Assembly (NCBI GenBank): GCA_001512685.1
Contig: LFSG01000052.1
Location: forward strand, 9,667 to 73,666
Length of the DNA stretch: 64,000 nucleotides
Reading direction: 5' to 3'
DNA from: Clostridiales bacterium DTU072
Lineage (GTDB): Bacteria > Bacillota > Clostridia > Christensenellales > DTU072
Shown here: in pieces, positions 1-10,251 of the stretch
Position numbering within the stretch: position 1 is the stretch's first letter
How the letters are laid out: every line of letters begins with the position of its first letter
Position numbers and translations under genes: made by a program
Notes under the pieces: generated by a model
What the model was told of the DNA's origin: nothing
Seen by the model: the letters and a program-made list of their open reading frames with translations, nothing else
Database searches by the model: none

Positions 1-1484
1 TTGCCGCCTCTGACCATTTGCGTATTGATAAGCAATGTAGGAACAAGATGCTTGTAGCCGTATATTCTTATTACCTCTTCGGCAAGGTCGTTTATCCCGT
101 CAACGTCAATGCGATAAAGCGGAATGGTAACGGTTAGCTTATTCCCGTCAAGATTGACCGAAAAATTCAATTTTCTTAATATATCAACAATAATGTCTTT
201 ATCGACGCTTATGCCAAGCACTTTATTAATTTCTGAATAATCGCAAACAATTTCCTTATTGGAAATTTCAGCTTGTTTTTTATCTATTACGCCGTCCATA
301 ATTTTTCCCCAGCCATATTTGTCTATTATGGACAAAGCCCGATAAAGCCCCAGCTCTTGAGAATAAAAATCCACGCCCTTTTCAAAGCGCTGAGAAGAAT
401 CCGAACGCAAGTTGAGCTTTCTTGAGGTGCGCCTTACGCTGTCGCGTGCGAAATTAGCCGATTCAAGGGCGATCGTTTTAGTCTTTTGATTAACTGAAGA
501 AAATTCCCCGCCCATGATTCCGGCTACGGCTACGGGTTTATTAATGTCGCAAATAAGTAAATTGTCTTTATCCAAAGCGTATTCTTTACCGTCAAGCGCG
601 GTTATCTTTTCGCCTTGTTCAGCTGTCCTGACTATTATCTTGCCCCCTTCAAGCAAATCGAAATCAAAAGCGTGGAGAGGCTGTCCCGTTTCAATTAATA
701 CATAATTGGTTACGTCAACAATGTTATTTATGGGCCTTATGCCCACTGCCTTTAATCTCTTTTTTATAATTTGGGGCGACTGTTCAATTATTACGTCCTT
801 AATTCCCATCGCCATATATCTATGGCATAAATTATAATCGGCGACCTCTACGCTTAATTTATCGCAAACGCTTTCAGCCACTTTATTAAAAGACAAATCA
901 GGAGCGATAAACTTTTTATCCGTAACGGCGGCAATTTCTCTGGCTATGCCGATAATGCTGTTGCAGTCTTGCCTATTGGTGGTTACCGAAATATCCAGAA
1001 TCACATCGTCGTTACCGATAATATCATTGATATCGGCGCCTAAGGGAGTGTCTTTATGCAAAATAAGTATGCCATATACTCCGGCTCCCGCATAATCATT
1101 TTCAGTTAAATCCAAATCCTCGCCCGAACACATCATACCTTGCGAAAGTATTCCTCTAAGCTCGCCCGCTTTTATTTTTTTGCCGTTGGCAAGCTGAGCT
1201 CCGTCAAGCGCGAGGGGCACGATATCGCCTACTTTCACATTTTGAGCGGCGGTTATTACGGTAATCTTTTCTTTTGCGGTGTCTATCTCACAAGGTAACA
1301 ACTTATCGGCGTTAGGGTGTTTGTTGATATTTATAATCTTACCCGTAACCACATTCTTGATTTTATCTTTTTGATAAATTATTTCTTCTATTTCAAAGCC
1401 GCATGAAACCAGCTTATCGGCAAGTTCTTGGGGGCTTATTTCTATATCTACAAAGTCTTTTAACCAGCTTATGGGCGCCTTCAT
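1..1484 (-). CDS. pheT: Phenylalanine--tRNA ligase beta subunit (N-terminal ~494 codons; C-terminus lies beyond the window start)
   Basis: The minus-strand frame is open from ATG 1484 to the window edge, and is absent from the ORF track because no stop falls in the window. My translation starts MKAPISWLKDFVDIEISPQELADKLVSCGFEIEE...NKHPNADKL, the canonical PheT N-terminus and tRNA-binding domain. A GGAGG RBS lies just upstream, and the gene directly follows pheS. Confidence 0.9.
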   Translation of the reverse strand, partial: MKAPISWLKDFVDIEISPQELADKLVSCGFEIEEIIYQKDKIKNVVTGKIININKHPNADKLLPCEIDTAKEKITVITAAQNVKVGDIVPLALDGAQLANGKKIKAGELRGILSQGMMCSGEDLDLTENDYAGAGVYGILILHKDTPLGADINDIIGNDDVILDISVTTNRQDCNSIIGIAREIAAVTDKKFIAPDLSFNKVAESVCDKLSVEVADYNLCHRYMAMGIKDVIIEQSPQIIKKRLKAVGIRPINNIVDVTNYVLIETGQPLHAFDFDLLEGGKIIVRTAEQGEKITALDGKEYALDKDNLLICDINKPVAVAGIMGGEFSSVNQKTKTIALESANFARDSVRRTSRKLNLRSDSSQRFEKGVDFYSQELGLYRALSIIDKYGWGKIMDGVIDKKQAEISNKEIVCDYSEINKVLGISVDKDIIVDILRKLNFSVNLDGNKLTVTIPLYRIDVDGINDLAEEVIRIYGYKHLVPTLLINTQMVRGG

Positions 1485-1493
1485 ATACTCCTC

Positions 1494-2519
1494 CTACCTG
1501 TATTGTTTCAAAAATCTGATATCGTTTTCAAAAAACAAACGAATGTCCGGAATGCCGTATTTAATCATGGCGGCTCTTTCCACCCCCAATCCGAAAGCAA
1601 GTCCCGAATATTTTTTTGAATCTATACCCGAATACTCAAGCACTCTGGGGTTTACCACCCCTGCTCCAAGCAATTCTATCCAACCCGTTCCTTTGCACAA
1701 ACTGCAGCCTTTGCCGCCGCACATGACGCAGCTTAAATCCACTTCCACGCTTGGCTCCGTAAAAGGGAAAAATGACGGTCTAAGTCTTGTTTTTGTAACG
1801 GAACTAAAGAATTCTTGAGCAAAAGCGTCAAGCAAGCCTTGCAAATCGCATAAGGTAATATTCTCATCCACCACCAATCCTTCAATTTGATGAAACATTG
1901 GAGAATGAGAAGCGTCGTCGTCGGGACGATACACCTTGCCCGGACAAACAATCCTGATGGGAGGTTTCTGCTCCTCCATAGTTCTCACCTGAACGGCGGA
2001 TGTTTGTGTTCTCAACAAAATATTGTCGTTAATATAGAAAGTATCTTGCTCGTCTCTTGCGGGATGGTCGGCGGGTATGTTTAAGCCTTCAAAATTATAA
2101 TAATCCAGTTCAACCTCGGGTCCGTCTTTTACTTCAAAACCCAAGCCAATGAAAATGTAGCATATGTCTCTTATTACTTTATTCAATGGATGAAGCGCGC
2201 CTATTTTTCTGTTGTTCTTTGATAAAGTAATGTCTATACGCTCTTCCTTAAGCTTTTTCTGTTTTTCGCGCTCGGCTATGTTTTTTTCATGCTCGATAAG
2301 AATAGTTTCCACTTCGCCGCGCAAATCGTTTATTAATTTGCCCAACTTCGGTCTTTGGTCGGCAGGCGCGTCTTTTAGGGATTTAAGCAGAGCGGTTATT
2401 TCTCCGTTTTTGCCCAAAAACCTTACTCGTATTTCATTTATCAGCTGCATGCTGTCGGCGTCTAATATTCTTTGCTTCGCTTTAGTCAAAATCTCTTTAA
2501 TTTTTTCTTGCATAAACAC
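1494..2519 (-). CDS. pheS: Phenylalanine--tRNA ligase alpha subunit
   Basis: 341 aa with class II aaRS motifs (RPSFFPFTEPSVEVD, AFGLGVERAAMIKYGI). It is adjacent to pheT. Confidence 0.95.
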   Translation of the reverse strand: MFMQEKIKEILTKAKQRILDADSMQLINEIRVRFLGKNGEITALLKSLKDAPADQRPKLGKLINDLRGEVETILIEHEKNIAEREKQKKLKEERIDITLSKNNRKIGALHPLNKVIRDICYIFIGLGFEVKDGPEVELDYYNFEGLNIPADHPARDEQDTFYINDNILLRTQTSAVQVRTMEEQKPPIRIVCPGKVYRPDDDASHSPMFHQIEGLVVDENITLCDLQGLLDAFAQEFFSSVTKTRLRPSFFPFTEPSVEVDLSCVMCGGKGCSLCKGTGWIELLGAGVVNPRVLEYSGIDSKKYSGLAFGLGVERAAMIKYGIPDIRLFFENDIRFLKQYR

Positions 2520-2595
2520 GTAAACTCCCGAAAATTTATAGAAAATAGTATACCATCATTATTGCCATTTTGCAAATGATATGCCCCATACATCA

Positions 2596-3270
2596 TTAAG
2601 GAATTAAATCAATATAATCGGTGTCAAAATTCTCCCCCGAAAGGTATGTGGTGGGAACTTTCCCTATAATGACATTTTCTCCCATAAGGATTTCATACAT
2701 CACCTCAACTGTGTTGCGGCTTTGGCGAGGAATAATAACATCTATGGAAATATTTACGTCTATTGTTAATCTGTGCAAGGCATGATTAATGCCCATAGCG
2801 TATATTTTTGAATTAAATATTGTATCGCATTTGCCTATTGACACAACCCTTATATCTATTTCCCTGCCTTTGCCCGCGAACAGCACGCTTCCCAGAAAAT
2901 CGCCCGAATGAATCTTAATGTCTTTGTTTACGATTTCATTTAGAAAATTTTGTATAACGGTAGAAGCGTACATATTTATTTGGTTTATTAAAGTGGTATT
3001 GCTTCTAATTAAAACAATATCCCCGTCATTGTTTTTAACAAATTCAAAAAGACTGCCGTAGAAGGCGTTAAGCCTCTGTATTTTTTCATTGGATTTATTT
3101 ATAGTGTTTATGGCTTCGGCTTTTATGGATTCGTCGGACAGCTTGACAATATAAGGGACGGTAACCTTTCGATAATATAAAAAAACGCTGAGCGCAATCG
3201 TTAAAATTATTACGCAAGCAATAATTTTTTTTCTATTTTGTTTTATTTTAACAAAAACAGCCGTTGACAC
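2596..3270 (-). CDS. yunB: Sporulation protein YunB family
   Basis: 224 aa with an N-terminal TM anchor. The C-terminal pattern GINHALHRLTIDVNISIDVIIPRQSRNTVEVMYEILMGENVIIGKVP is typical of Spore_YunB proteins. Confidence 0.7.
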   Translation of the reverse strand: MSTAVFVKIKQNRKKIIACVIILTIALSVFLYYRKVTVPYIVKLSDESIKAEAINTINKSNEKIQRLNAFYGSLFEFVKNNDGDIVLIRSNTTLINQINMYASTVIQNFLNEIVNKDIKIHSGDFLGSVLFAGKGREIDIRVVSIGKCDTIFNSKIYAMGINHALHRLTIDVNISIDVIIPRQSRNTVEVMYEILMGENVIIGKVPTTYLSGENFDTDYIDLIP

Positions 3271-3294
3271 ATATTATTTATATGCCGTGTAGTC

Positions 3295-4149
3295 TCATTT
3301 TGCCAACATTTTATAATAAATCTTTTTCATTTCCAATGCGTCTTCGGCCTGCGTATTGTCCGATTCGCATATTATATGAGGTTGCAAGGCTTTTTTGATT
3401 ATTACTTCGGCAAGAGGAGGAAATTCCGGACCGTATTTTTTATCTTTGAACGTAAGATGACGTATCTCGCCTTTCGGGCCGTATTCTATCTTGCTGAAAT
3501 GTATTTGCATATACTTGACTTTATGCCCTGGCAGATGGTCAAGTAATTTGGATATTACTTGATCGTATTCTTTTACGGATTTGAAATAACCTTGTTCTCT
3601 GGCGTTTATGTGTCCAAAATCCACGCACGGATAAAAATAATCGGCAAGATTGCAAAAATCAATTATTTCGTCCACAGTGCCTATCTGTCCGATTTTGCCC
3701 ATAGTTTCAGGACATAATATGAAATTCTTTAATTGCTTCTCTTCAATAGCGTCAATAAGCTTTTTGAGGTTATTTTTGGTAATTTCAACAGCTTGGCTTC
3801 TTTCCGCCTTTCCCACCGAAGCGGTATGAAATACCACCCTTTCGGCGTTCATAAGCTTAGCTTTCTCTATGCTTTTTGTTACGTACATTATGGATTTATT
3901 GATAAGCGTATCGTCGGTATTTGCGAAATTAATATAATAAGGAGCGTGAACGGAAAGTTCCACGCCTTGCAAAGTAAATTCTTCGCCAATGGCTTTTGCG
4001 GTTTTATCAGATATGTTTATGCCTCTGCCAAATGAATATTCAAACAAGTCCAGACCAAGCTCCTTGCACCACTTCGCGGCTTGAATGGTAGATGTATATC
4101 CCTGCTCATAAAAACTCGAGGAATTTCCCGCAGGCCCGAATTTAGCCAT
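3295..4149 (-). CDS. Endonuclease IV-like TIM-barrel protein (AP endonuclease family 2)
   Basis: 284 aa. The Endo IV-type metal-ligand pattern is recognisable (SVHAPYY, VVFHTAS, CPETMG, VDFGHINA, MQIHFSK, ICES). Confidence 0.65.
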   Translation of the reverse strand: MAKFGPAGNSSSFYEQGYTSTIQAAKWCKELGLDLFEYSFGRGINISDKTAKAIGEEFTLQGVELSVHAPYYINFANTDDTLINKSIMYVTKSIEKAKLMNAERVVFHTASVGKAERSQAVEITKNNLKKLIDAIEEKQLKNFILCPETMGKIGQIGTVDEIIDFCNLADYFYPCVDFGHINAREQGYFKSVKEYDQVISKLLDHLPGHKVKYMQIHFSKIEYGPKGEIRHLTFKDKKYGPEFPPLAEVIIKKALQPHIICESDNTQAEDALEMKKIYYKMLAK

Positions 4150-4165
4150 ATATCCTCCAATTTGA

Positions 4166-5044
4166 TTATGTTTGATACGCCTTAACTATATCGGAATTGA
4201 TTTGCTTAACCAATTCGTCGACGCTGTTAAATTTAATTACATCGCGCAATCTGTCAATAAAACTTATCTTGATTTTCTTGTTATACAAATTGCCGTCGTA
4301 ATTCAAAATAAAGGTTTCCAAATTAAAGCTATGATCATTGAATGTGGGATGCGTTCCCACATTTGTTATGGAGTCATATGTTTTCCCGTCAACTTGAACG
4401 GATGTCTTATATACTCCGTCTTTAGGAAGGAATTTAAGCTTTGGCGCGACAATATTCGCGGTGGGTATGCCCAGCTTATTCCCCAGCCCTTTGCCTTTTG
4501 TAACCGTTCCGGATACAAAATACCTGTCCCCCAATAATTTATTGGCCTTGGCTATCTCGCCTTTAAGCAAAAAACGCTTAATTCTTGAGGTAGATATCTT
4601 GCTGTTATAATAGTTAAGCAAATCCACTTCGGCAACATTCACATTGTGTTCTTTCATAAAGCTTTTCAACAAACCAATATCGCCTTTGCCGCCTTTGCCG
4701 AAGGTATAATCGTTCCCTGCAATGATAGCTATCGGATTATATGTCAACAAATATCGCAAAAACTTTTCCGCGTCCATGTTTAAGAAATCGGTTGAGCTCT
4801 CAAATACAACAATCTTATCATATCCCAAGGATTTAAGGATTTCCAGCCTTTCTGACAATAAATAAACTTCCTTTTCCTCTCTGCCCAGCGCCGTGTTAAA
4901 ATTATCGTCAAAAGTCATTACGGTAAATTCGGCGTTATAATAGGAAGCGATTTTCTTGCCGACTTGCAAAAGATAGCGGTGGCCTCTATGTATGCTGTCA
5001 AAAAAACCCAAAGAAAGCGCCGTTGACGAATTTATATTAGCCAT
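4166..5044 (-). CDS. ribF: Bifunctional riboflavin kinase / FMN adenylyltransferase
   Basis: 292 aa. The N-terminal nucleotidyltransferase has GFFDSIHRGHRYLL and the C-terminal riboflavin kinase has GKGLGNKLGIPTANI. The conserved truB-ribF order is present. Confidence 0.92.
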   Translation of the reverse strand: MANINSSTALSLGFFDSIHRGHRYLLQVGKKIASYYNAEFTVMTFDDNFNTALGREEKEVYLLSERLEILKSLGYDKIVVFESSTDFLNMDAEKFLRYLLTYNPIAIIAGNDYTFGKGGKGDIGLLKSFMKEHNVNVAEVDLLNYYNSKISTSRIKRFLLKGEIAKANKLLGDRYFVSGTVTKGKGLGNKLGIPTANIVAPKLKFLPKDGVYKTSVQVDGKTYDSITNVGTHPTFNDHSFNLETFILNYDGNLYNKKIKISFIDRLRDVIKFNSVDELVKQINSDIVKAYQT

Positions 5045-5904
5045 GTCTTAACCTTAAGCCTCCCATTGTCGTTTATTCCCATTCCGAACAATTTATTGTC
5101 TTCATATGTTTTTAAGGCGAAATAGCCATGAGGAAGCTCATTAAACAATAAAACCTTGCCGTTCAACAAATCAGTCTTTTCGCTTTCTTTAACAATTATT
5201 TGCGGATATGATTCAACTACTTTTTCCATCGGCAATATGTATTGCAAAGGATTTTTTGACAGCTCTTCAATTTTTACGCTGCTGTCTACAGTAAACTCGC
5301 CGCTCGCTTTCCGCGTCAATGACGCAAGCATGCCTACGGTATTCAATCTTTGCGCTATGTCCCTCGCCAAAGCCCTTATATACGCTCCGCCGCCGCATAC
5401 GATATTAAAGCCAAATTTATTATATCCCTCTTCTTTCACTAAACTAATATCGTATATCATTATTTTTTTCGGTTTTAATTCAAAGGACAAGCCTTTTCTA
5501 GCCAATTCATACGCTCTTTTGCCGTTAACGAATTTTGCGCTGAAATGGGGCGGAATTTGTTCTATTTCTCCTTTGAATTGGTCTACAACTTGCAAAATCT
5601 GATTTTGCGTAATAACGACATCTTCGCGTTTTACCACACTGCCGCCCATATCCAAAGTATCGGTCTGTATTCCGAACTCAACAACCGCGTAATATTCTTT
5701 CGTTTTATCCAAAAAATAATCAAAAAGCCTTGTGGCTCTTCCCAAAGCAATGGGCAATACGCCTTCCGCCAAGGGGTCAAGCGTTCCAAAATGGCCGATT
5801 TTTGTTTGAATATTATTCTGTTTTAAGTAATATTTTAGAATACTAACCGCTTTGTTTGATGTTATTCCTTTTTCTTTATATAAATTTATAAAGCCGTTAA
5901 GCAT
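5032..5904 (-). CDS. truB: tRNA pseudouridine(55) synthase
   Basis: 290 aa with the catalytic motif HFGTLDPLAEGVLPIALGRATR. Synteny is rbfA-nrnA-truB-ribF. Confidence 0.93.
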   Translation of the reverse strand: MLNGFINLYKEKGITSNKAVSILKYYLKQNNIQTKIGHFGTLDPLAEGVLPIALGRATRLFDYFLDKTKEYYAVVEFGIQTDTLDMGGSVVKREDVVITQNQILQVVDQFKGEIEQIPPHFSAKFVNGKRAYELARKGLSFELKPKKIMIYDISLVKEEGYNKFGFNIVCGGGAYIRALARDIAQRLNTVGMLASLTRKASGEFTVDSSVKIEELSKNPLQYILPMEKVVESYPQIIVKESEKTDLLNGKVLLFNELPHGYFALKTYEDNKLFGMGINDNGRLKVKTWLI

Positions 5905-6874
5905 GTTTTAACATCTCCGTAGCGGTAGTTATTAGCTTGTTGTAAATATCGTCGTAATAGCCGTATATTCTACATCCTGCCGCCATGGCGTGTCCGCCCC
6001 CTCCGAAGATTTTGGCAAGCTCTACCGCGCTTACTTTGCCTTTGGTGCGAAAACTTACCTTAAAAGCTTTATCGTTTATTTCTGCGATAGAGATAGCAAT
6101 TTCCACAGTGTCAATGTCGAGTATATTATTAATTATCCCCTCGGTATCCGCTTCAGTGGTTTCGGTGGCCAGGAAGTCATCGTTTTTGAAATTGATTACG
6201 GCTATATTGTTGTTTTCATAAAATTTTGTTTTGGAAAGCGCCCTATTTTTCAGGTTAAACAGAGCATAGGGCGTATCTTTCATTACTTTGCGAGAGACAA
6301 AGCCCGCGTCTATGCCATACGCCAATAATTCGCTTGCGACTATATGGGTTTCGGGTGATGTGCTGCTGTACGAAAAGCTGCCCGAATCGGTAACCAGACC
6401 AGTATACAGAGCTAAAGCTATATCTTTATCAATGGCGCTTTTATCAAACTCTTTCAAGATTTTGTATAATATCTGAGTGGTAGACGAGGCTTGAGGCTCG
6501 CACACGGTAATAGAAGCAAAATTCTCATGCGATTCATGATGGTCTATTACTATTTTAGTCTTGGCCTTTTTGAATATTTTGAAATTATCTTCGCTCAGTC
6601 TTGAAGCGTCGCCGCAATCAAGCGCCACGGCGCAATCATATTGCTTATCCGTCAATCTTTCGGCATTATACGCATTGTAATTTTTGAGATAAGAAAACTT
6701 TGCGGGAATGCTCCCGTCAGCGTTAGGAGAATATAAATGAACGGTCTTATTCTTTTTTTTCAGAAAATTATATAACGCAAGCGATGAACCTACGCTGTCG
6801 CCGTCGGGATTGATATGAACAAAAACAGCGATGTCGGCGGCGGCGTTTAATTCTTCAATTAATCTGTCGTACAT
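5897..6874 (-). CDS. nrnA: DHH/DHHA1 phosphoesterase (oligoribonuclease / pAp phosphatase NrnA-like)
   Basis: 325 aa with motifs NPDGDSVGS, DHHESH and GGGGHAMAAG. Confidence 0.85.
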   Translation of the reverse strand: MYDRLIEELNAAADIAVFVHINPDGDSVGSSLALYNFLKKKNKTVHLYSPNADGSIPAKFSYLKNYNAYNAERLTDKQYDCAVALDCGDASRLSEDNFKIFKKAKTKIVIDHHESHENFASITVCEPQASSTTQILYKILKEFDKSAIDKDIALALYTGLVTDSGSFSYSSTSPETHIVASELLAYGIDAGFVSRKVMKDTPYALFNLKNRALSKTKFYENNNIAVINFKNDDFLATETTEADTEGIINNILDIDTVEIAISIAEINDKAFKVSFRTKGKVSAVELAKIFGGGGHAMAAGCRIYGYYDDIYNKLITTATEMLKHA

Positions 6875-7221
6875 TAATCCTCCTTGACGCCAATCTCTTT
6901 GAGTATATTATTAATTTTGAAACTGTATTCTATACTGTCGTCATACACAAAATGAAGCTCGGGCACCTCTCTGATTTTCAGACGCTTAAAAAGCTCGTTC
7001 CTTAAAAATGAAGAGGCGTTATTCAAGGCTTTCAATATCTCTTTGGGAGAAGAAGCATTATTAAATACGCTTATGAATACCTTAGCGTATTTAAGCTCTT
7101 TGGCGGTATCTACTCTTGTAACGCTTATCATGGCGTTTAATCGGGGATCTTTCAATTCATAGGCAATGAGATTGTTTAATTCTTTTTTTATCTCATTTTC
7201 AATCCTTTCAATCTTCGGCAT
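6874..7221 (-). CDS. rbfA: Ribosome-binding factor A
   Basis: 115 aa, immediately downstream of infB with a 1-nt TAATG overlap. It shows typical RbfA length and sequence (ISVTRVDTAKELKYAKVFISV). Confidence 0.9.
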   Translation of the reverse strand: MPKIERIENEIKKELNNLIAYELKDPRLNAMISVTRVDTAKELKYAKVFISVFNNASSPKEILKALNNASSFLRNELFKRLKIREVPELHFVYDDSIEYSFKINNILKEIGVKED

Positions 7222-9674
7222 TATTTTTCCTCCTCTTCCATGATATACGCCTCAATGATATCGCCTTCTTTCACGTCGTTGTATCTTGCTATGCCTATGC
7301 CGCACTCAAATCCAGCCGCCACTTCCTTAACATCATCCTTAAACCGTTTAAGTGAAGCTATTTCGCTATTAAATATTTCCTTATTGTCTCTGATTAACCT
7401 TACCTTGGCGTTTCTTGTAATCTTTCCATCTTTAACCATGCAGCCCGACACAGTGCCTACGCCCGAAATTCGATATATGGCGCGCACTTCAGCTCTGCCG
7501 AGATAAGTTTCTTTATAGGTGGGTGTAAGCATGCCTTTTATGGCTTTGGTTATGTCCTCAATGGCCTCATAAATTATACGATACAGCTTTATTTCCACTC
7601 CGCTTTTTTCGGCAAGAGTCCTTGCGTTGGCGTCGGGGCGTATATTGAAACCAATTATAATTGCCTTCGAGGTATCAGCCAGCATTATGTCCGATTCGTT
7701 TATGGCGCCTACTCCGCTGTGTACGATATTGACTTTGACTTCGTCATTCGACAGTTTAACGAGCGACTCCTTAAGAGCTTCCATGGAGCCTTGCACATCG
7801 GCTTTTATTATCAAATTCAAGTCGATAAATTTACCTTCCTCAATCTTGTTAAACACATCTTCCAGCGTAACTTTTTTGACTTTAAGCTTTTCAATTTTTT
7901 CTCTGTTCTTTCTTTCCTCCGCCACTTGTTTGGATAGTTTTTCGTCGTTGACAACGACTATTTGGTCTCCTGCGTTGGGCACGCTTTGAAGGCCGAGAAT
8001 TGACACAGGCATGCTTGGAGTGGCCTTGGTCACACTTTGTCCTCTGTCGTCGAACATAGCTCTGATTTTGCCTATGGATGTTCCCGCCACTATGAAATCA
8101 GCGACTTTAAGGGTGCCGTTTTGCACAAGTATTGTCGCTACCGGTCCTTTGCCTTTATCAAGTTTGGATTCTATAATGATACCTTTGGCGGCGCGTTTGG
8201 GATTGGCTTTTAATTCAAGCAATTCAGCCACGGCAAGTATATTTTCAAGCAGCTCGGGAATGCCTTCTCCCGTTAAAGCGCTTACTTTTACCGCAGGCAC
8301 TTCTCCCCCCCATTCTTCAACAAGCACATCGTGTTCGGCAAGCTGTTGAAGCACTCTGTCGGCGTTGGATTGCGGTTTGTCCATTTTGTTTATGGCAACC
8401 ACTATCGATACGCCCGCAGCTTTGGCGTGATTAATCGCTTCCACGGTTTGCGGCATTACGCCGTCATCGCCAGCCACAACTATTACTGCGATATCGGTTA
8501 TATTGGCCCCTCTTGAGCGCATGGCCGTAAACGCTTCATGCCCGGGGGTGTCTATAAAAGTTATGGGCTGACCATTTGCTTTTATGGTATACGCTCCAAT
8601 GTGCTGCGTAATTCCGCCTGCTTCGCCGGCGGCCACATTGGATTTTCGGATATAGTCAAGTATGGAAGTTTTGCCGTGGTCAACGTGCCCCATTACCGTA
8701 ACAATGGGAGGACGGGTCACCAAATCGGCTTTATTGTCGTCGGCTTCATCTTCAATGATTGCAAAAAGTTTCTCTTCGCTGGTTTGTTCTATTTGCTTTT
8801 CTAAAGTAATGCCGAATTCGGCGGCAATAAGCTCGGCGGTATCAAAATCTATGGTGTCGTTAATTGTTTTGAATATGCCCAAATCCAATAATTTCTTAAT
8901 GATTTCCACCGCGGTTTTGCCTATCTTTTCGCTTAACAATTTTATAGTAATGTTTTCGGTATTGATAACCGCTTTTTCAATGACCATGGGGGCGGGCTTG
9001 AAACTCTTTTTCTTGTCCGCATTGGATTTTCTTGTTCTTATTTTTCGTATCTCGCCGCTTTCATCATAAACCACCGAAGAACTGTCTTGCTCATATCCTT
9101 TTTTTATTTTTGCCTTTTTATTGAGATTTCTTTTGTCCAATTTGCTGCCTTTAATTTTTTCAGATGCGCCCTTTTTCTTATGACTTGCCGTAGTCGATGT
9201 TTCGGTAAAAGAAGAATCGTCTTTCTTTTCGGCGACAGGTTTGACAGTTCTTATCGGCTCAACTTTTCTTACCGCGGAAGCGGCGCCTTCATCTTTAATG
9301 AAAGGTATTATTTTGCTGTTTTCATCAATAACTGCCGCCTTTTCGTCAATTTGGACAGCTTCTTCATTAGCGATATGGGTATCTGTCTCTTCTCTTTCAG
9401 CTTTAATTTCTGTTTTAGGCGCAACAAGCTCTTCAGCGGTTGAGTCTTGCATCTCTTCTTTTTGAGAAGATTTGATTTCATTAAGTATTTTTTCTTCGGC
9501 AATCCTTTGTAAAACCTCTTTGCGCGCGGCAAGCTCATCCTTCATTTTTTCAAGTTTAAGGAATTTTTCTTTTATTCTGTCCAAAAAAGAGCTAATGACT
9601 TTATTTTCATAGTCTTTGATAGCCGCAATAATTTCGGTTGCCTTGTCCTTTTTCACATTCCCTTTTCCATTCAT
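7221..9674 (-). CDS. infB: Translation initiation factor IF-2
   Basis: 817 aa. The G domain carries [20 protein letters not shown] and NKMD, and the N-terminal region is long and charged. A GGAGGG RBS is present. Confidence 0.97.
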   Translation of the reverse strand: MNGKGNVKKDKATEIIAAIKDYENKVISSFLDRIKEKFLKLEKMKDELAARKEVLQRIAEEKILNEIKSSQKEEMQDSTAEELVAPKTEIKAEREETDTHIANEEAVQIDEKAAVIDENSKIIPFIKDEGAASAVRKVEPIRTVKPVAEKKDDSSFTETSTTASHKKKGASEKIKGSKLDKRNLNKKAKIKKGYEQDSSSVVYDESGEIRKIRTRKSNADKKKSFKPAPMVIEKAVINTENITIKLLSEKIGKTAVEIIKKLLDLGIFKTINDTIDFDTAELIAAEFGITLEKQIEQTSEEKLFAIIEDEADDNKADLVTRPPIVTVMGHVDHGKTSILDYIRKSNVAAGEAGGITQHIGAYTIKANGQPITFIDTPGHEAFTAMRSRGANITDIAVIVVAGDDGVMPQTVEAINHAKAAGVSIVVAINKMDKPQSNADRVLQQLAEHDVLVEEWGGEVPAVKVSALTGEGIPELLENILAVAELLELKANPKRAAKGIIIESKLDKGKGPVATILVQNGTLKVADFIVAGTSIGKIRAMFDDRGQSVTKATPSMPVSILGLQSVPNAGDQIVVVNDEKLSKQVAEERKNREKIEKLKVKKVTLEDVFNKIEEGKFIDLNLIIKADVQGSMEALKESLVKLSNDEVKVNIVHSGVGAINESDIMLADTSKAIIIGFNIRPDANARTLAEKSGVEIKLYRIIYEAIEDITKAIKGMLTPTYKETYLGRAEVRAIYRISGVGTVSGCMVKDGKITRNAKVRLIRDNKEIFNSEIASLKRFKDDVKEVAAGFECGIGIARYNDVKEGDIIEAYIMEEEEK

Positions 9675-9677
9675 TCC

Positions 9678-9968
9678 TTAGCCCTCCTTTACTACATTTT
9701 TAATCGCGTTGGCAAGGTTTTTTTCTTTTATTCCGAATGCCTTGCATCTGTCTAAATTGATTATCTTATTTAAGTTTGTTTCATAGTGTTCGATACCGTT
9801 TTTGCGCAGGTAGTTATAAAGTTTGCGTTTGCTTGCCTGCCCCAATTCAGTATCGACCAAAACAAATTCCGCGCCATATTTAAGTATGTTATCCACTCCG
9901 TACACGGCTTTTCCGCATTTAATGGCAAAACCCGCGTAACTTTTCAGCTTATTGTTTATATCCCGCAT
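9678..9968 (-). CDS. ylxQ: L7Ae/L30e-family RNA-binding protein (YlxQ-like)
   Basis: It sits in the conserved position between ylxR and infB and has an L7Ae-like core (AGFAIKCGKAVYGVDNILK). The ORF track extends to 9995. I prefer ATG 9968 (MRDINNK), but the start is uncertain. Confidence 0.7.
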   Translation of the reverse strand: MRDINNKLKSYAGFAIKCGKAVYGVDNILKYGAEFVLVDTELGQASKRKLYNYLRKNGIEHYETNLNKIINLDRCKAFGIKEKNLANAIKNVVKEG

Positions 9969-10251
9969 ATTCCTCGCCAAGCTCGTTGTACACATTATCG
10001 GGTATATTCATTTTGAAAGCTTTATTCAATAATTTTTTGTTTATGCATTTATTCATGCACTCGCCGCTCAAGCAAACATAAGCTCCTCTGCCTTGCGCCT
10101 TGGGATTAAGCGATAAGGCGTTGTCTTTTGTCTTTACTACTCGAACAAGCTCCGATTTGAGCTTCATTTGCCGACATACAATACACATTCTAAGCGGTAA
10201 ATTATTCTTCTTGCTCTTCAACTTCTCCCTCTTCCTCTTCAAATTCGCCAT
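9949..10251 (-). CDS. ylxR: YlxR/RnpM family (DUF448) RNA-binding protein
   Basis: The hallmark PLRMCIVCRQMKLKSELVRVV...GRGAYVC is present, directly after nusA. The longest ORF overlaps the nusA acidic tail by 50 nt. In-frame TTG codons at 10242 and 10221 are alternative starts. Confidence 0.8.
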   Translation of the reverse strand: MANLKRKREKLKSKKNNLPLRMCIVCRQMKLKSELVRVVKTKDNALSLNPKAQGRGAYVCLSGECMNKCINKKLLNKAFKMNIPDNVYNELGEEYAGYKQ

